Shown piece after piece: positions 14,285 through 27,453 of a stretch of 64,000 nt of DNA. The stretch's first letter is position 1. Every line of letters starts with the position of its first letter. The notes under the pieces were generated by a model. That model did no database searches and was not told the DNA's origin. It saw only the letters and a list, made by a program, of their open reading frames with translations. This stretch comes from Felis catus (lineage: Eukaryota). The DNA is taken from NCBI RefSeq assembly GCF_018350175.1, contig NC_058368.1, forward strand, positions 189,970,001-190,034,000, read 5' to 3'. Both the position numbers and the translations under genes were made by a program.

Positions 14285-14495
14285 TAAAAATATTTTTAAT
14301 GTTTACTTATGTTTGAAAGAGAGACAGAGCATGAGCAAGGGAAGGGCAGAGAGAAAGGGAGACACAGAATCTGAAGCAGGCTCCAGGCTCTGCACTGTCA
14401 GCCCAGAGCCCGACGAGGGGCTCAAACCCACGAACTGTGAGACCATGACCCGAGCCAAAGTCAGACACTTAACCAACTGAGCCACCCAGGCTCCC
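14285..14495 (-). mobile_element. CAN-SINE (SINEC_Fc type)
   Basis: TSD taatatatgaatttctttt/taatacaagaatttctttt. Confidence 0.93.
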
Positions 14496-15320
14496 TAATA
14501 CAAGAATTTCTTTTCATCAAGTGAGTGAAAAGGCACTTTATAAGGTGGAATAAGGTATCTGTATACATATATCTGGCTAATAGCTTGTAGCCAGGATGTT
14601 TAAAGAGTGCCTACAAACCAATAAAAAAAAGACTACTCAGTAGAAAAACAGGAAATAGACTTGAACACACTCTTCAGAAAAGAGGATATCCAATGACCAA
14701 TAATCGTATAAAGAAGTTTTCAACCTCATTAATCATCAGGGAAATGAAAATTGAAATCACAGCTCGATACTGACACACCCACCAGATGGCTAAAATTTTT
14801 AAAAGTGTTATCAAGGATGTGAACAAACCAGAACTCTCTTATAAAGCTGGTGGGGTGTAAACAGGTACAATCATATTGTTAAACTGTTTAGCACTATCTA
14901 CTAAGGTGGATCATTCTTGGGTATATACCCCAAGGAAATGCAGATATTTATTAACCAAAATATGTTCACAACAGCACTGTTTATAATAGTCTGAGACTGG
15001 AAACTACCCAAATGTCTATAAATAGCAGAATAGATAAATAACTAGTGGTATCTTCCCATAATGGAGTACTATATAGAATAAGCAACTTATAACTACATAA
15101 ATAATGTGGAATCTCACAAAAGAAGCCATTCCAACTGTCCCCCACCTTTCCCTACTCCCACAAGGTAAACCACATACTGTGTGATTCCATTTATATAAAA
15201 TACAAAAAAGGTAAAATTAGTCTATATGTTAGAAGTCAGACTAAAAGTTCCCCTTGGTAGGAAGGGGATCTGAGAGCAGAAAGGAGCAAAAGAGGGCTTC
15301 TGGAGTGCTGGTCATGTCTT

Positions 15321-15339
15321 TTCTTTCTTTCTTTCTTTT

Positions 15340-15402
<63 letters not shown>

Positions 15403-15414
15403 CTTTCTTTCTTC

Positions 15415-15473
<59 letters not shown>

Positions 15474-15527
15474 GTTTTATTTATTTATTTATTTATAAAT
15501 ATAATTTATTGTCAAATTGGCTTCCAT
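15321..15527 (-). mobile_element. Terminal ~30 nt of feline L1 plus A-rich tail, now (TAAA)n/(GAAA)n
   Basis: Minus strand ATGGAAGCCAATTTGACAATAAATTATATTT matches the recalled cat L1 3' terminus; TSD catgtctt (15313-15320) / catatctt (15635-15642). Confidence 0.8.
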
Positions 15528-15634
15528 AAAAAATACAGAAGCTTCACGAATGTGCGTGTCATCCTTGCACAGGGGCTGTGCTGACCTTCTCTGTGTTGTT
15601 CCAATTTTAGTATATGTGCTGCCCAAGTAAGCAC
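15528..15634 (-). pseudogene. Full-length U6 snRNA retrocopy (5' part of a U6/L1 chimera)
   Basis: Reverse complement GTGCTTACTTGGGCAGCACATATACTAAAATTGGAAC...ACAGAGAAG...GCAAGGATGACACGCACATTCGTGAAGC-TTCTGTATTTTTT aligns end to end with U6 (by hand ~13 substitutions and 1 deletion). The upstream flank is old L1, not a U6 promoter. Confidence 0.95.
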
Positions 15635-16409
15635 CATATCTTCCTTCTTGATCTGGGTACCAATCATCTGTGTTTCGGTTGTGAAAATAATTGAGTGGTA
15701 TCCTTATTACCTGTGCATTCAATACATGCATGTATGTTGTACATCAATCCAAAGTTGAAAAAATGTTTCAGTGAACATCCTTGTAGTGATGTTTTTGCAG
15801 ATATCTCTGTTTCTTTCTCTTTTGACTGAATTCCTAGATGTGGGATTGCTAAATGAAATGGTATGAACATTTTTACAGCTTACAATACATCTTGTCAACT
15901 TGTCAGGGACCGCTTTTATTTATCTTGTCTCCCTGTGCCTAGCACCAAGCCACTGACTAATTGATGTGACCAAATGAATAAATGACGTACTTCTTTCAAT
16001 TCCTTGAATGAAGCAGACTTTTTCAAGACTAAGAGCAGTTCCTATTTGCTCTTCCCAGAAATCTCTTCTCCCTGTTCGTCATACTGCTGACTGTCAGCTT
16101 AAAAGACACTCAAATAAGAGGCTTCCCTAACCATGCTGTCTAAAGTAGTCCTCCATTCTTATTCTGTCTTAGCTCCTCTTGTTTACCAATCTCAATGCAT
16201 AATTATTATATCTGATTTATTTGTGTAGTTGCTTGCTTATTGCCATTCTCCCACTGGACTCTAAGTACCACGAAGATAGGAATGACATATGTCTTGTCCA
16301 CTATTTTAACTCCAGCACCTACCTAGCATAGTGCCTAGGATGGAGAAGGCCTTTATGTTAGGCATTTTTGGCCACAAGGGACAAACTCCTAACTCAGATG
16401 GACTTAACC

Positions 16410-16460
16410 GAAGAAGAAGAAGAAGAAGAAGAAGAAGAAGAAGAAGAAGAAGAAGAAGAA
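16410..16460 (+). repeat. (GAA)n microsatellite within an old MaLR-like fragment
   Basis: Near-pure GAA run read directly. Confidence 0.9.
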
Positions 16461-17625
16461 AATTTTTTGGTTCATGTAATTGAGAAATTCAAGGGGTATA
16501 AATAAACAATTTCAGACATGCCTGGATCCACAGGTTCAAATAATATTATTAGGCCAGGTTGTTTCCTTACATAGTAGCAAAAGAACTCCTCACCAGCCCC
16601 AAACGTACATGGCTAACCATCTCTGAAGAAAAGGAGGAAACTTTCTGATAGGCCTGTCAAGAGTCTTGGGGAGGATTGTCAAGCTCAGGGACACATACCC
16701 ACCACTGAGCCAAGCTCAGTGGGTATGGAGGCAGAGTTCTATACCCAGGCCTTGGTTCCTTGACTGTCTCTGAGGGGCTGGATGGGTGGGAGCGGAGTCT
16801 CTGTCCCATCCAAACCACAAGCGCTGATGTGGAGAGGTGTAAGACCACCGGGGGCCAACTTAGTTGCCTAACTCCCAGTCCAACTTACCACTTGATTAGC
16901 TGCAGGGACTCAGCTCTCTCAGTGGGTGTATGCAGCCATTAACTGAAACCAGGCAGCTGAGACCTAGAAGTAATTGAGCTATTTTCCAGCTAAGTGGGGC
17001 CAGCTAAAATTAAGTGCTTCCTTGAACTTTGATTGCCATTTTTAATTAGGCAGTATATTGGCATTCCCTGAATGCCTTCTCCCTTTCCAATTTATTTGGG
17101 ATTTAGGTGGAGGTCTGCCCTCTGTAACAAAACATAGGGGTAGAATTTGTATATAACATTTTCTTTCTTCCCAGTCCTTATTCTAAACTGAGTCTGTTTA
17201 TACGGTTTTCTTGATCGGCTTAAATCTCACACCCCCACCCTTAGGGTTTATTCACCTCCTTCACCTGTTTCAGTTGGATCAGCCTAATGTTGACTGAGCT
17301 AAGTGACAAATAGGGATTTTCTCATTGGTATGCAGAGGTACATCAGATACATAAACTCACTGGCAGTCTTTAGTATTCACTGCCTTGCAGACTCATCACT
17401 TTAGATTTCCAATTTGGCTCCTTTTTCAGGGTTTGTCCATGACCTTGAAGAAGTCAATTCCCTCTTTCTGGACCTTGGTAGCTCTAGCTATAAAATGAAA
17501 TAATTACCTCGTCTGCTGAATAAGATGATTTCTGAAGATGATCTCTGATCCCGGAATTACCTTTCCCTGCCTCTCCTTTGTAATCTGGTGATGAGAAGGT
17601 TACCGTTAAATGTGAGGTGGCTTCA

Positions 17626-17803
17626 GGATCAGCCACATGATTTGTGGATTCCCATACAAAATGAAAATGTAGGTCCCCCTTTTCCAAAAAGTATCAAGAA
17701 TTTCAAGATAGCAACAGCAGAGCATTTAGCCAAGTATGGGGTCCTTCTGAGAGTGGGATCCTGTGCAACTGCCTGGGTAGCACTTCCGTGAAGTCAGCCA
17801 CAG
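17626..17803 (-). mobile_element. MER45A-like hAT MITE
   Basis: AAAATGAAAATGTAGGTCCCC...AAGAATTTCAAGATAGCAACAGCAGAGCATT resembles the reverse complement of the recalled MER45A consensus; ~180 bp. Confidence 0.7.
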
Positions 17804-18130
17804 ATGCCGGAATTAATTAGATAGGATTAACCAGCCACGCTGACGCCCCTCCTCAAAATTCTGCATTATATGTCCACTGTCTTTTGCAAGGATAGAAAAA
17901 TCAAATAAAATAAATGAGTGATGTGGGCTGGGGGTGGTGGTGACTGTGACAAAACGGAGAGAACAAATATTCTCCCTAAAGGGAGCAGCTAATATTGTCC
18001 GCCAATTGTCATCATGGGAGAATTTAGGCTTATTACTGTACAATCTTTTAATGTTTGAAAAGAAGCCAGGGTCAGGATAAAAAACCAAAAAACCAAAACA
18101 AACAAACAAACAAAACCTCCTGATTTTTCT

Positions 18131-18335
18131 TAAATGTTTATTTTTGAGAGAGAGAGAGAGAGAGAGAAAGCATGAGCAGGGGAGGGACAGAGAGACACAC
18201 ACAGAATCCAAAGCAGATACAGAATCTGTCGGCACAGAGCCGAATGTGGGGCTCGAACCCACAAACCGTGAGATCATGACCTGAGCCAAGACCAAGACTG
18301 GGATGCTCAAACAACTGAGCCACCCAGCCGCCCCC
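18131..18335 (-). mobile_element. CAN-SINE
   Basis: Antisense SINE core with (GA)n; flanked by cctgattttt on both sides. Confidence 0.9.
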
Positions 18336-20001
18336 TGATTTTTTTTTTTAATGTTGGTAACTGTTGAGAAAAATTATCTAAAATTTGGGAATGAGGCAAA
18401 AGGATAATTGCAATTTCTTTTAATGGCATCTGAGAGCAGTGGTTCTGAAAATGTGCTTTCCAATCAACAGCATTAGTATCACAAGGCATTAGCATAAACA
18501 TGCTTATATATAAGTAGCATGAATAAAAGCAATGATGCAAAGGACAGGAGGGAGAAATTGAGATTATTTTGTTCTTATAAGGTACTCACAGTACCCTTGA
18601 AGTGGTATAGTGTTATTTGAAAGTGGACTTGGATTAGCTGTGGTATATTACAAACTTTTTAAAAAAGTTTAAAAAAGGGAAGTATAATCCATATGCTAAG
18701 AGAGAAAATGGAGTCATAGAAGATGTTCGAATAAAACCACAAAAGGCACAAAAAGAGTGGAAGATAAAAACAAGAACAAACAAAGACAAGTAGAAAACAA
18801 TAACAAATATAATAGATATTTACCCAACTATATCAATAATCACGTGGAATGTCAATAGTCTAAATGCACCAATTAAAAAAAGAGAGAGAGAGAGATTGTC
18901 AGGGCGGATAAAAAAAGACCCAATTACATGTTGTGTACAAGAAACTCACTTTAAATATAAAGACAGTTATACATGAAAAGTTAATGGATGAAGAAAAATA
19001 TACCATGCTAACAATGTTCAAATGAAAGCAAGAGCAGCTATATTAAATTCAGAGAGAGAGTAGATATCAAAGCAAGGAAAGTTACTGGGGATAAAGTAGG
19101 GCATTACATAATGATAAAGGGGTCAATATTTCAAGAAGACATAACAATCCTTAATATGTCTATACCTAACAACAGAGCATAAAACTATGTAAGGCAAAAA
19201 CTAATAGAATTGCAAAGAGAAATAGATGAAACCACTATTATAGTTGGAGACTTCAACACCCCTCTATCACAAAGGGACAGATTCAACAGGCAGAAAATCA
19301 GTAAGGATATAGTTGAACTCAACAACACCATCAATCAACTGGATATAATTGACATCTATAGACTAGTTGATCCAACAATAACAGAAAACATATTTTCCTC
19401 AAGATCACATAGAACATTCTTCACTATAGGCCATATTCAGAGCCATAAAACAGACCTTAACAAGTTAAAAAGAATAGAAATTATACCATGTCAGCTCTCA
19501 TACCATAACAGAATTAAACCAGAAAGCAATAACAAAAGGATAAATGGAAAATTTCAAAATACATGAAGATTAAATAATACACTTCTAAATAAGACATGGG
19601 TCAAAGAAGAAATCTCAAGAATAATTTGATACTATTTTGGGTTAAATAAAAATGAAAACCAGCTCATGAAATTTATGAGGTATAGTGAATGTAGTGCATA
19701 AATGGAAATTTATTGAATGTGTATATTAGAAGGAAGAAAATTAAAAAATAGTAATTTAAGCATCCACCTTATGAAACAAGAAAAAGATGAGTAAATTAAA
19801 TACAAAGTAAGCAGAGGAAAATAAATAATAAAAATTAGAGCAGAAATCTATGAAAATGAAAACAAGAAATCAATACACAAAGTCAATTAAGCCAAAACTG
19901 GTTATTTGAAAAGATCAGTAAGTCAGTAAGCCTCTAGCCAGGTTAACTATGAAAAGAATACCGAAGACACAGATTACTAATATCTGAAGCAAACGAAGGG
20001 A

Positions 20002-20220
20002 GGGGCAGCTGGGTGGGTCAGCTGGTTAAGCATCCAACTCTTAATCTCAGCTCAGGTCTTAATCTCAGGATCGTGAGTTCAAGCTCCACATTGGGTTTTC
20101 CACTGGGCATGAAGCCTACTGAAAAAGAAAGATTTTAAAATAAGAAAAAGAAAAGAAAAGAAAAGAAAAGAAAAGAAAAGAAAAGAAAAGAAAAGAAAAG
20201 AAAAGAAAAGAAAAGAAAAG
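20002..20220 (+). mobile_element. Short CAN-SINE with (AAAAG)n tail, inserted in L1
   Basis: SINE head then a long pure AAAAG array; L1 ORF2 resumes after it. Confidence 0.88.
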
Positions 20221-21523
20221 AAATGAAAGAGGGTACATTAGCACAGATGCTATGGACATTAAAAGGCTAATAAAAGAATACTATGAACAACTCTATACCC
20301 ACACATTTGATAACCTAGATGAAATGGACCAATTCCTTGAAAGACCCAATTTGCCAAAACTGACACAAAAACAAATAGGCAAAGTGAATAGGCCTATATC
20401 CATTAAAAAAATTGAATCAATAATTAATAACCTTCCAAAACAGAAAGCACCAGACGCAGATGGATTCACTGGTAAATTCTACCAAACATTTAAGGATGAA
20501 ATTATACCAATTCTCTACAATCTGTTTCAGAAGATAGAAGCAGAAGAAATACTTCCTAACTCATTATACGAGGCCAGCATTACTCTTATATCAAAACCAG
20601 GTAAAGATATTATAAGAAAAGAAAACTACAGATCAAAATCTCTCATGAAAATTGATGCAAAAATTCTCAATAAAATATTAGCAAATTGAATCCAGCAATG
20701 CACAAAGAGAATTATATACAATGACCAAGTGGGGTCTCTCTCAAGTATGCAAGACTGGTTTAACACTCAAAAATCGATTAATATAATCTGTCACATCAAC
20801 AGATTAAAAAAGAAAAATCACATGATCATATCAATAGATACAGAAAAAGCTTTTGACAAAATCCAACACCCATTCATTATAAAAACTCTCAGTAAACTAG
20901 GAATTTCCTTAACTTGATAAAGGAAAAAAACTAGAGCTAATATAATATCATAATATAATAATATCATATCATATCATATCATATCATATCATATCATACT
21001 TAATGGTGAGAAACTTAAACCTTTTCCGCTAAGATGAGGTACAAAGAAAGGATGCACCTTCTCACCACTCTTTTGCAACATCACACAGGAAATTCTAGCT
21101 AATGCAATAAGGAAAGAAAATAAAATATGTACAGATTTGGAAGGGAGAAAGAAAATTGTTTTCCTTTGCAGATGTCATAACCATCTATGTAAAAAAATCT
21201 GAAAGGCAGACCAAAAAGCTTCTGGAACTAGTAATTTTAGCAAGGTTACAAGATATACAAGGTTAATATACAAAAGTCAATCACTTTCCTATATACTAAC
21301 AATGAACAAATGGAATTTGAAATTAAAAATTCAACATCATTTATATTAGCACCCCCCAAAATGAAATACTTAGGCATACGTTTAACAAAATATGTACAAG
21401 ATATAGATGAGAAAAACTATAACCTTTGATGAATGAAATAAAAGAAGAACTAAATAAATGGAGAGAGATCCCATGTTCATGGATAGGAAGATTTACTATT
21501 GTCAAGATGTCAGTTCTTCCCTT

Positions 21524-21718
21524 GGAATGCCTGGGTGGCTCAGTTGGTTAAATGTCCAACTCGTGATTTCAGCTCAAGTCATGATCTCACAGTTGGGAGA
21601 TCGAGCCCCATGTTAAGCCCCACATTGGGTTCTGCACTGGGCAAGGAACCTGCTTAGGATTCTCTCTCTTTTTCTCCCTCTGCCCTCCTGTAATCACATG
21701 TGCTCTTGAAAGAAAGAA

Positions 21719-21764
<46 letters not shown>
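21524..21764 (+). mobile_element. CAN-SINE with (GAAA)n tail, inserted in L1
   Basis: TSD gtcagttcttccc/gtccgttcttccc. Confidence 0.9.
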
Positions 21765-21765
<1 letters not shown>

Positions 21766-24110
21766 TCCGTTCTTCCCAATTTAATCTATAGATTTAATGC
21801 AATCCTTATCAAAATATCAGCAAGTTATATTATGGATATCAACAAAGTCACTCTAAAGTTTACATAAAGAGGCAAAAGACCCAGCATGACCAACACAATA
21901 TTGAAGGAGAACAAAGTTGGACAACTTTAAGACTTACTATAAAGCTACACTAATCAAGACAGTGTGGTATTGGCAAAAGAATAGACAAATAGATCAATGG
22001 AATAGAATTAAGTTCCCAGAAATAGACTCACATAAATATAGTCAATTAATCTTTGACAAAGGAGCAAAATGCTGTACAATTGAGCAAAGATTTTTCCTTT
22101 CCACAAGTGGCACTGGAACAACTGGACAACCACATACAAAAAAAAAAAAAAAAAAAAAAAAAGGAATTTAGACAAAGGCCTTACATTCTTCACATAAATT
22201 AGCTAAAAATGGGTCACGGACTATGTAAATGTAAAACTAGAAAACTCCTGGAGGGTAATATAGAAGAAAACCTATATGACCTTGGGAATGCAGCAACTTT
22301 TTAGATACAACACTAAAGGCACAATCCATGAATAAGATAATTGGTAAGGTCGACTTATCAAAATTAAAAAAAAACTTTTGCTCTGTGAAAGACAATGTCA
22401 TTGGAATGGAAAGATAAGGTTACAGACTGGGAGAAAATGTTTGCAAAAGACACATTTGGTAAAGGACTGTTCTCCAAAGTACACAAAGAACACATAAAAT
22501 TCAACAAAAAGAAAGCAAACAGCCTGATTAAAAAATGGGCCAAAAATTTTAAGATACCTAACCAAAAAAGATATATAGATGGCTAATAAATATATGAAAA
22601 TACTTTGACATCATATTTTATTAGAAAATGGCAAATTAAAATGAGATAGCACTACACACCTATTAGAATAGCTAAAATCCAAAACACTGACAACACCAAA
22701 TGCTGGCAACAGTGTGGAGCAGCAGGAACTCTCATTCATTGCTGGTGAGAATGCAAAATGGTACAACTACTTTGGAAGACAGTTTGGCAGTTTCTTACAA
22801 ACTACACATACCTTTTAATTTATTTTTATTTTTATTTTAAAAACTAAACATAATCTTAACATACAGTCTACCAATCATGCTCCTGGATATTAACTCAAAT
22901 GAATTCAAAACTTATGTCCGTCCACACAAAAACCTGCACATGGTATATATAGCATATTTATTCATAATTGCCCAAACTGGGAAGCAATCAAGATGTCCTT
23001 CAGATAAAGAAACTGCCGTAAACCAAAACGACACAATAGTATTCAGTGATAAAAAGAAAGGAGCTATCAAGCTATGTAAAGACATGGAGGAACCTTAACT
23101 GGATATATGCCCAGTGAAAGAAACCAATCTGAAAAGGCTACATATCATATGATTTCAAATATTTGACACTCCAGAAAAGACAAAACTATGGAGACAGTAA
23201 AAAGATCAGTGATTGGAAGTTTGGGGTTTGGGGTGAGAGATGAATAGGCAGATCACAGAGGATTTTTAAGGCAGTGAAACTATTCGGTATGGTATTTATA
23301 ATGGTGGATACATATAGTTACACATTTGCTAAAACCCGTAGAGTGTATAACACTAACAGTGAACCTTAATGTAAACTATGAACTTTGGGTGATAATGATA
23401 TATCAGGGTAGGCTCATAACATCAACCATAACAAACATATTACTCTGGCGGGGGGGGGGGGATGTCAATAGTGGGGCAGGTGGTGCATGTGTGGGGAAGG
23501 GGAGTAGTGAATTCGTTATGCTTTCTGTTCAATTTTATTGCGAACCTAAAGCTTCTCTAAAAAATAAAGTTTGTTAATTTAAAACTATGTACTTCCTTTA
23601 GGGTCAAGTAGGAGCAAGCAAGTATCAAAGCCTCTTTCCTAGCTGTTCTGCCAGCTGTGGAAGCAACACCCTGTGTTTCTGAGCATGGCCTGAATTCAGC
23701 CCGATTTCCAGAGTGACAAGGAGGAGATGAGAAAAAAAGGTGATTTGGCCAGGAGTTTGAAGCTGGGATGCCCTGTGAACTTGGGGCATGGTAGATCCCA
23801 CAGCCACCTCAGGCAACTTCACCTCTTCAAGCCTCAGTTTGCTTATCTGTAATAATATCAGAGTAGCATAGTGGTTACAGACCATTACGGTTTCAGTGGC
23901 TCTGAAGTTCCTCATACTTCAGTTGTGAATTCAAGCTTTGTCTCCAATCTGGCAGCTTCATGAACATGCTTCTATCACCACCTTCAGTCTCAGTTGCCTC
24001 CTCTGTAGGAATATCAGTAGTACCTACGGTAGAGAGTTGTCCTAAGGATAAAATGTGATAATGCACTGGTTACACTGTATGCTTTGTGTAACCAGTTATG
24101 ACTATTATTA

Positions 24111-24189
24111 TTAGGTGAACCATATTACATTGCCAAAGTTTGACCCTTTCTGATCTACAAAATCAACAATTCTGTATGCTTTAACCTTA
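24111..24189. mobile_element. MADE2-like mariner MITE
   Basis: ~80 bp; imperfect terminal inverted repeats TTAGGTGAACCATAT...GTATGCTTTAACCTTA flanked by TA. Confidence 0.7.
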
Positions 24190-24467
24190 TATCTTTTATG
24201 GAACTATTATGGGCACTGAATGAGATAATACAGGCACTGTACTTGCTACCATCACATGATAGTGATTATTATTATTATCCACAATTCTGGGGACAGTACC
24301 TGGTGTTGAGAATTCAAAGGCCCAAGACACATCAAGAAACTTGATCATGCTCTGTAACTGTCATTTCATTTACTTGTCAGTTCCTATTCCCATCTCTCTT
24401 TTTCCTCACCTCCCCCTACCCTAATTGTTACAGTAGAGACCTTGTCTTAGAAATCTTTGTATTTGTA

Positions 24468-24602
24468 GGGGCACCTGGGTGGCTCAGTTAGTTGAGCGTC
24501 CGACTCTTGGGTTCAGCTCAGGTCATGATACCAGGATCATGGGCTCAAGCCCCATGTTGGGCTCTCTGTTTCTAAAATAATAAAAAAAAAATTGTTTTAA
24601 AA
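24468..24602 (+). mobile_element. Internally deleted CAN-SINE
   Basis: SINE head joined directly to the tail; TSD aatctttgtatttgta/aatctttgtgttttta. Confidence 0.88.
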
Positions 24603-24894
24603 GAGAATCTTTGTGTTTTTAGATTCTAGCAAATGCTAGATACATAATTAACTGCTCAAGAAATGCTGTTGAATGAGTGATTCCAAGAGCTTTATGGGTT
24701 TCCCAGGGGTTGGAGGGATTTGCTTCTCCTGTGGATTACTAAGAGAAAAAAAGGAACTAAAGACTAAAATCTTGAACATAACCAAAGAACTTGAGTAAAA
24801 GACCCATTTAGGGTTTAATTGCTTCTGTCAAAATGGATCCAATAATCCTAATCTGGTCCCCTCACAGAGTACTTGAAATGCAAACGTGTTGCTG

Positions 24895-25590
24895 GGAAGC
24901 AACACATATATTAAAATGGCTAAAATCAAAACAACTGACAATACTAAGTCCTGCCAAGGATGTGGACCAATTGGAACTCTCATATATTGCTGGGAGGAAT
25001 GCAACACCATACAACCACTTTTAAAAGTACTTTTTTGTAGTTTCTTATGAAGTGAAACATATTTAACCACAAGACCTAGCAATTTCACTCCTAATTATTA
25101 ACCCTAGAGAAATGAAAACATAGGTTCACATAAAACTTGAATATTTATAGTGACTTCATTCATAATTGTCAAAAACTGGAAACACCCAATGTCGTTCAAC
25201 AGGTGAATGGATAAACTAACTGTGGTATATCCACACAATGGAATATTACTGAACAATAAAAAGGTGGGAACTATTGATACATGCAACAACGTGGATGAAT
25301 CTTAAATACATTATGCTGGATGAAAGAAGCCAGACTCAAAAAGCTAAATTCTGTATGGTTCCATTTATGTGGCATTCTGGAAAAGGTAATGCTAAAAGGA
25401 CAGAAAGCCAATCAATGATTGCTAGTAGTTGGGAGTGATAGGAAGCAGGAGTGAAGTTTTGGGGGCGATCCTAATTGCAGAAGTGGTTGTTCAAACTGTA
25501 TGCATTTATCAAAATTCATAGTCATGTACACTAAAAAAAATGGAGAGTATTAATTATGTAAATTATACCCAAACTGGACTTTAAAAAAAG
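24895..25590 (+). mobile_element. Ancient L1M 3' end
   Basis: AAAAACTGGAAACACCCAATGTC, TGGATGAATCTTAAATACATTATGCT and GAAAGAAGCCAGACTCAAAA motifs. Confidence 0.8.
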
Positions 25591-27453
25591 AGCTAGTTGC
25601 TGGAAAAATGGTTTACAAAGCAAAGTTGTCACTGGGCCAACATTATTCCCATAGTAAGGGCCAGTGAAGAAAATTCTCCTAAGAGCAACTTGGAAGTGTG
25701 CTGAGCCCGAATGAAATAATAACAATTAATTATTTAATTTATAATTTATCTAATTAAACATTTATGATACCTTCTAAATGCTGGTGGGACAAAAGAAGAA
25801 CAAGGTATACCTCCTATTCACAAAAGGCTCACAATGTAGTGGGAGTGGGGTAAGAAAAAGAAAATTACAGTATAACAGGATCATTATCTTTGATAATAAT
25901 TAAAGAATCAGTATATAATTAGACTCTTCACACATCACACAATTAAAAGCACAAGCTAAGCATTATACACTCCTCACCCCTGTACTTAATAGCAGTAGAA
26001 TGAGGATAATAAAAACTAGCACTCATTGACTGCTTACTACGTGAGAGGTGTTATTCTAAGCAACCATTTAAGCCTCACAAAAACCCTGTGATCTAGGAAC
26101 CATCATTATCACTGTCCTTTATAGATAAGGCAACAAAGTCATAGGAAAGTTTATTTTCCCATGGTCACACAGTTGTAAAGGGTAGCACAGGGATTTAAAC
26201 CCTGGTATGATGGTCACCTCCTAAACATGACAGTATACTGTGGCTACAGAGAAACAGTGACCTGGGTCACTTGGACTCCCAAAATTTGGAACCGGTTGCT
26301 CTAACTCTGCCTCAGTTTTCCTAACATTGGAGGAGAGAGTCAAGCATGCAAAACTCTCTGTGTAAGACACCAGGGTAAACCACTATTCCTCTTGTGATCC
26401 TTTCCTGTGTTTACCATTTAACCTGTCCACCCCCATTACTAAAATAATATGTAATTATAAAAAATGGAAGCAAAAAAAAAAAAGATAAACAAAATGCAAA
26501 AAACAAACAAATAAACCTTCATCCACCCATAGTCTCACCACCTAGAGGCAAATACTCTAGCATTTTGGCACATTTCCTTCTAGTCTTTTTAAGAAATGTC
26601 TTTTATTTACATAGCTGAGATAAAACTTAAATGTAATTTTGGACCCTGCTTTTTTTCACTTAAAATCAGAGCATAAACTCTTTGTAAACGCTATTTTAAA
26701 TGATTGTATAGTAATCTATCATATAGATACTCTACAATTTATTAACTATTCCTTCACAGTTGGATATTTAGGTAATTTCCAATATTTTTACTATTATAAA
26801 TAACACCACTATTAACATTCTAGTCCATAAATCTTGCAGATTATTTTTTTAGGATAGTTTCCCAGAAATGTAATTACTAGGTTAAATGTCAAGAATATTT
26901 TAAAGATTACACAGAGATGTAGTATTCTTTACAAATACAAATACATTCTTTACAAATAAATGGAAAGGCTTCCATGGGGTCAAAAGTCATTTGTATGTTT
27001 GTTTCTGTGTATAAGTATGGAGTTGAGGGGGTGATGAGAGACAGAATTGGGAACTTTCTCAGTACTTGGTCAGTGCAGTAACCACTTGACTTTTTCTTTT
27101 GTGAGCTACTTTCCAATTGTCAGGGGCCCATGATGGTTAAATATTGATCACTGAGTGCCAGCAAATGGAAGCAAATTTCATGTACAGAGTTTGTATACCT
27201 TTTGCAAGTATATTGTCCATAGAATCAGTGAGACTTGGCACCTCAGTGTTTTTCACTGGGCAGCACCTTCACCACCATTTCGTCAAGCGTTCTCATAGCT
27301 CCTGGGTGAAATGGGTTGGAACAGCCATTACCATTCTCAGGTCATTGGTTAGAAACTGAGGCACAGAAAGAAGTGACTTACCCAAAGTTACAGAGCTGGT
27401 TGGAGAGAGTTGGGACTAGAATTCTACTCTCATGCTTCTAGGGTAAAAGCCCC

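Larger units (their letters stand above)
14070..15765 (+). mobile_element. Ancient L1M 3' portion hosting a SINE and the U6/L1 chimera
   Basis: L1 3' motifs (ATCATCAGGGAAATGAAAATTGAAATCAC, CTGGAAACTACCCAAATGTC); the 3' UTR motif GGGCTTCTGGAGTGCTGGTCAT...TTCTTGATCTGGGT is split by the U6 insertion. Confidence 0.8.
18484..23585 (+). mobile_element. ~5 kb decayed LINE-1 (L1MC1-like) with ORF2 remnants
   Basis: ORF fragments contain IIVGDFNTPLS (endonuclease) and DAKILNKILAN / [13 protein letters not shown] (RT), plus [13 protein letters not shown]; many stops and frameshifts; L1MC1-type 3' UTR; two SINEs inserted. Confidence 0.92.

Noticed and set aside
15528..15634. Functional U6 snRNA gene
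   Set aside because: About 13% diverged, has a TSD and tail, and lacks a recognisable upstream promoter.
19210..22586. ORFs with endonuclease and reverse-transcriptase motifs as a novel RT system
   Set aside because: They are collinear broken pieces of one old L1 ORF2; the catalytic FADD motif reads FADV.
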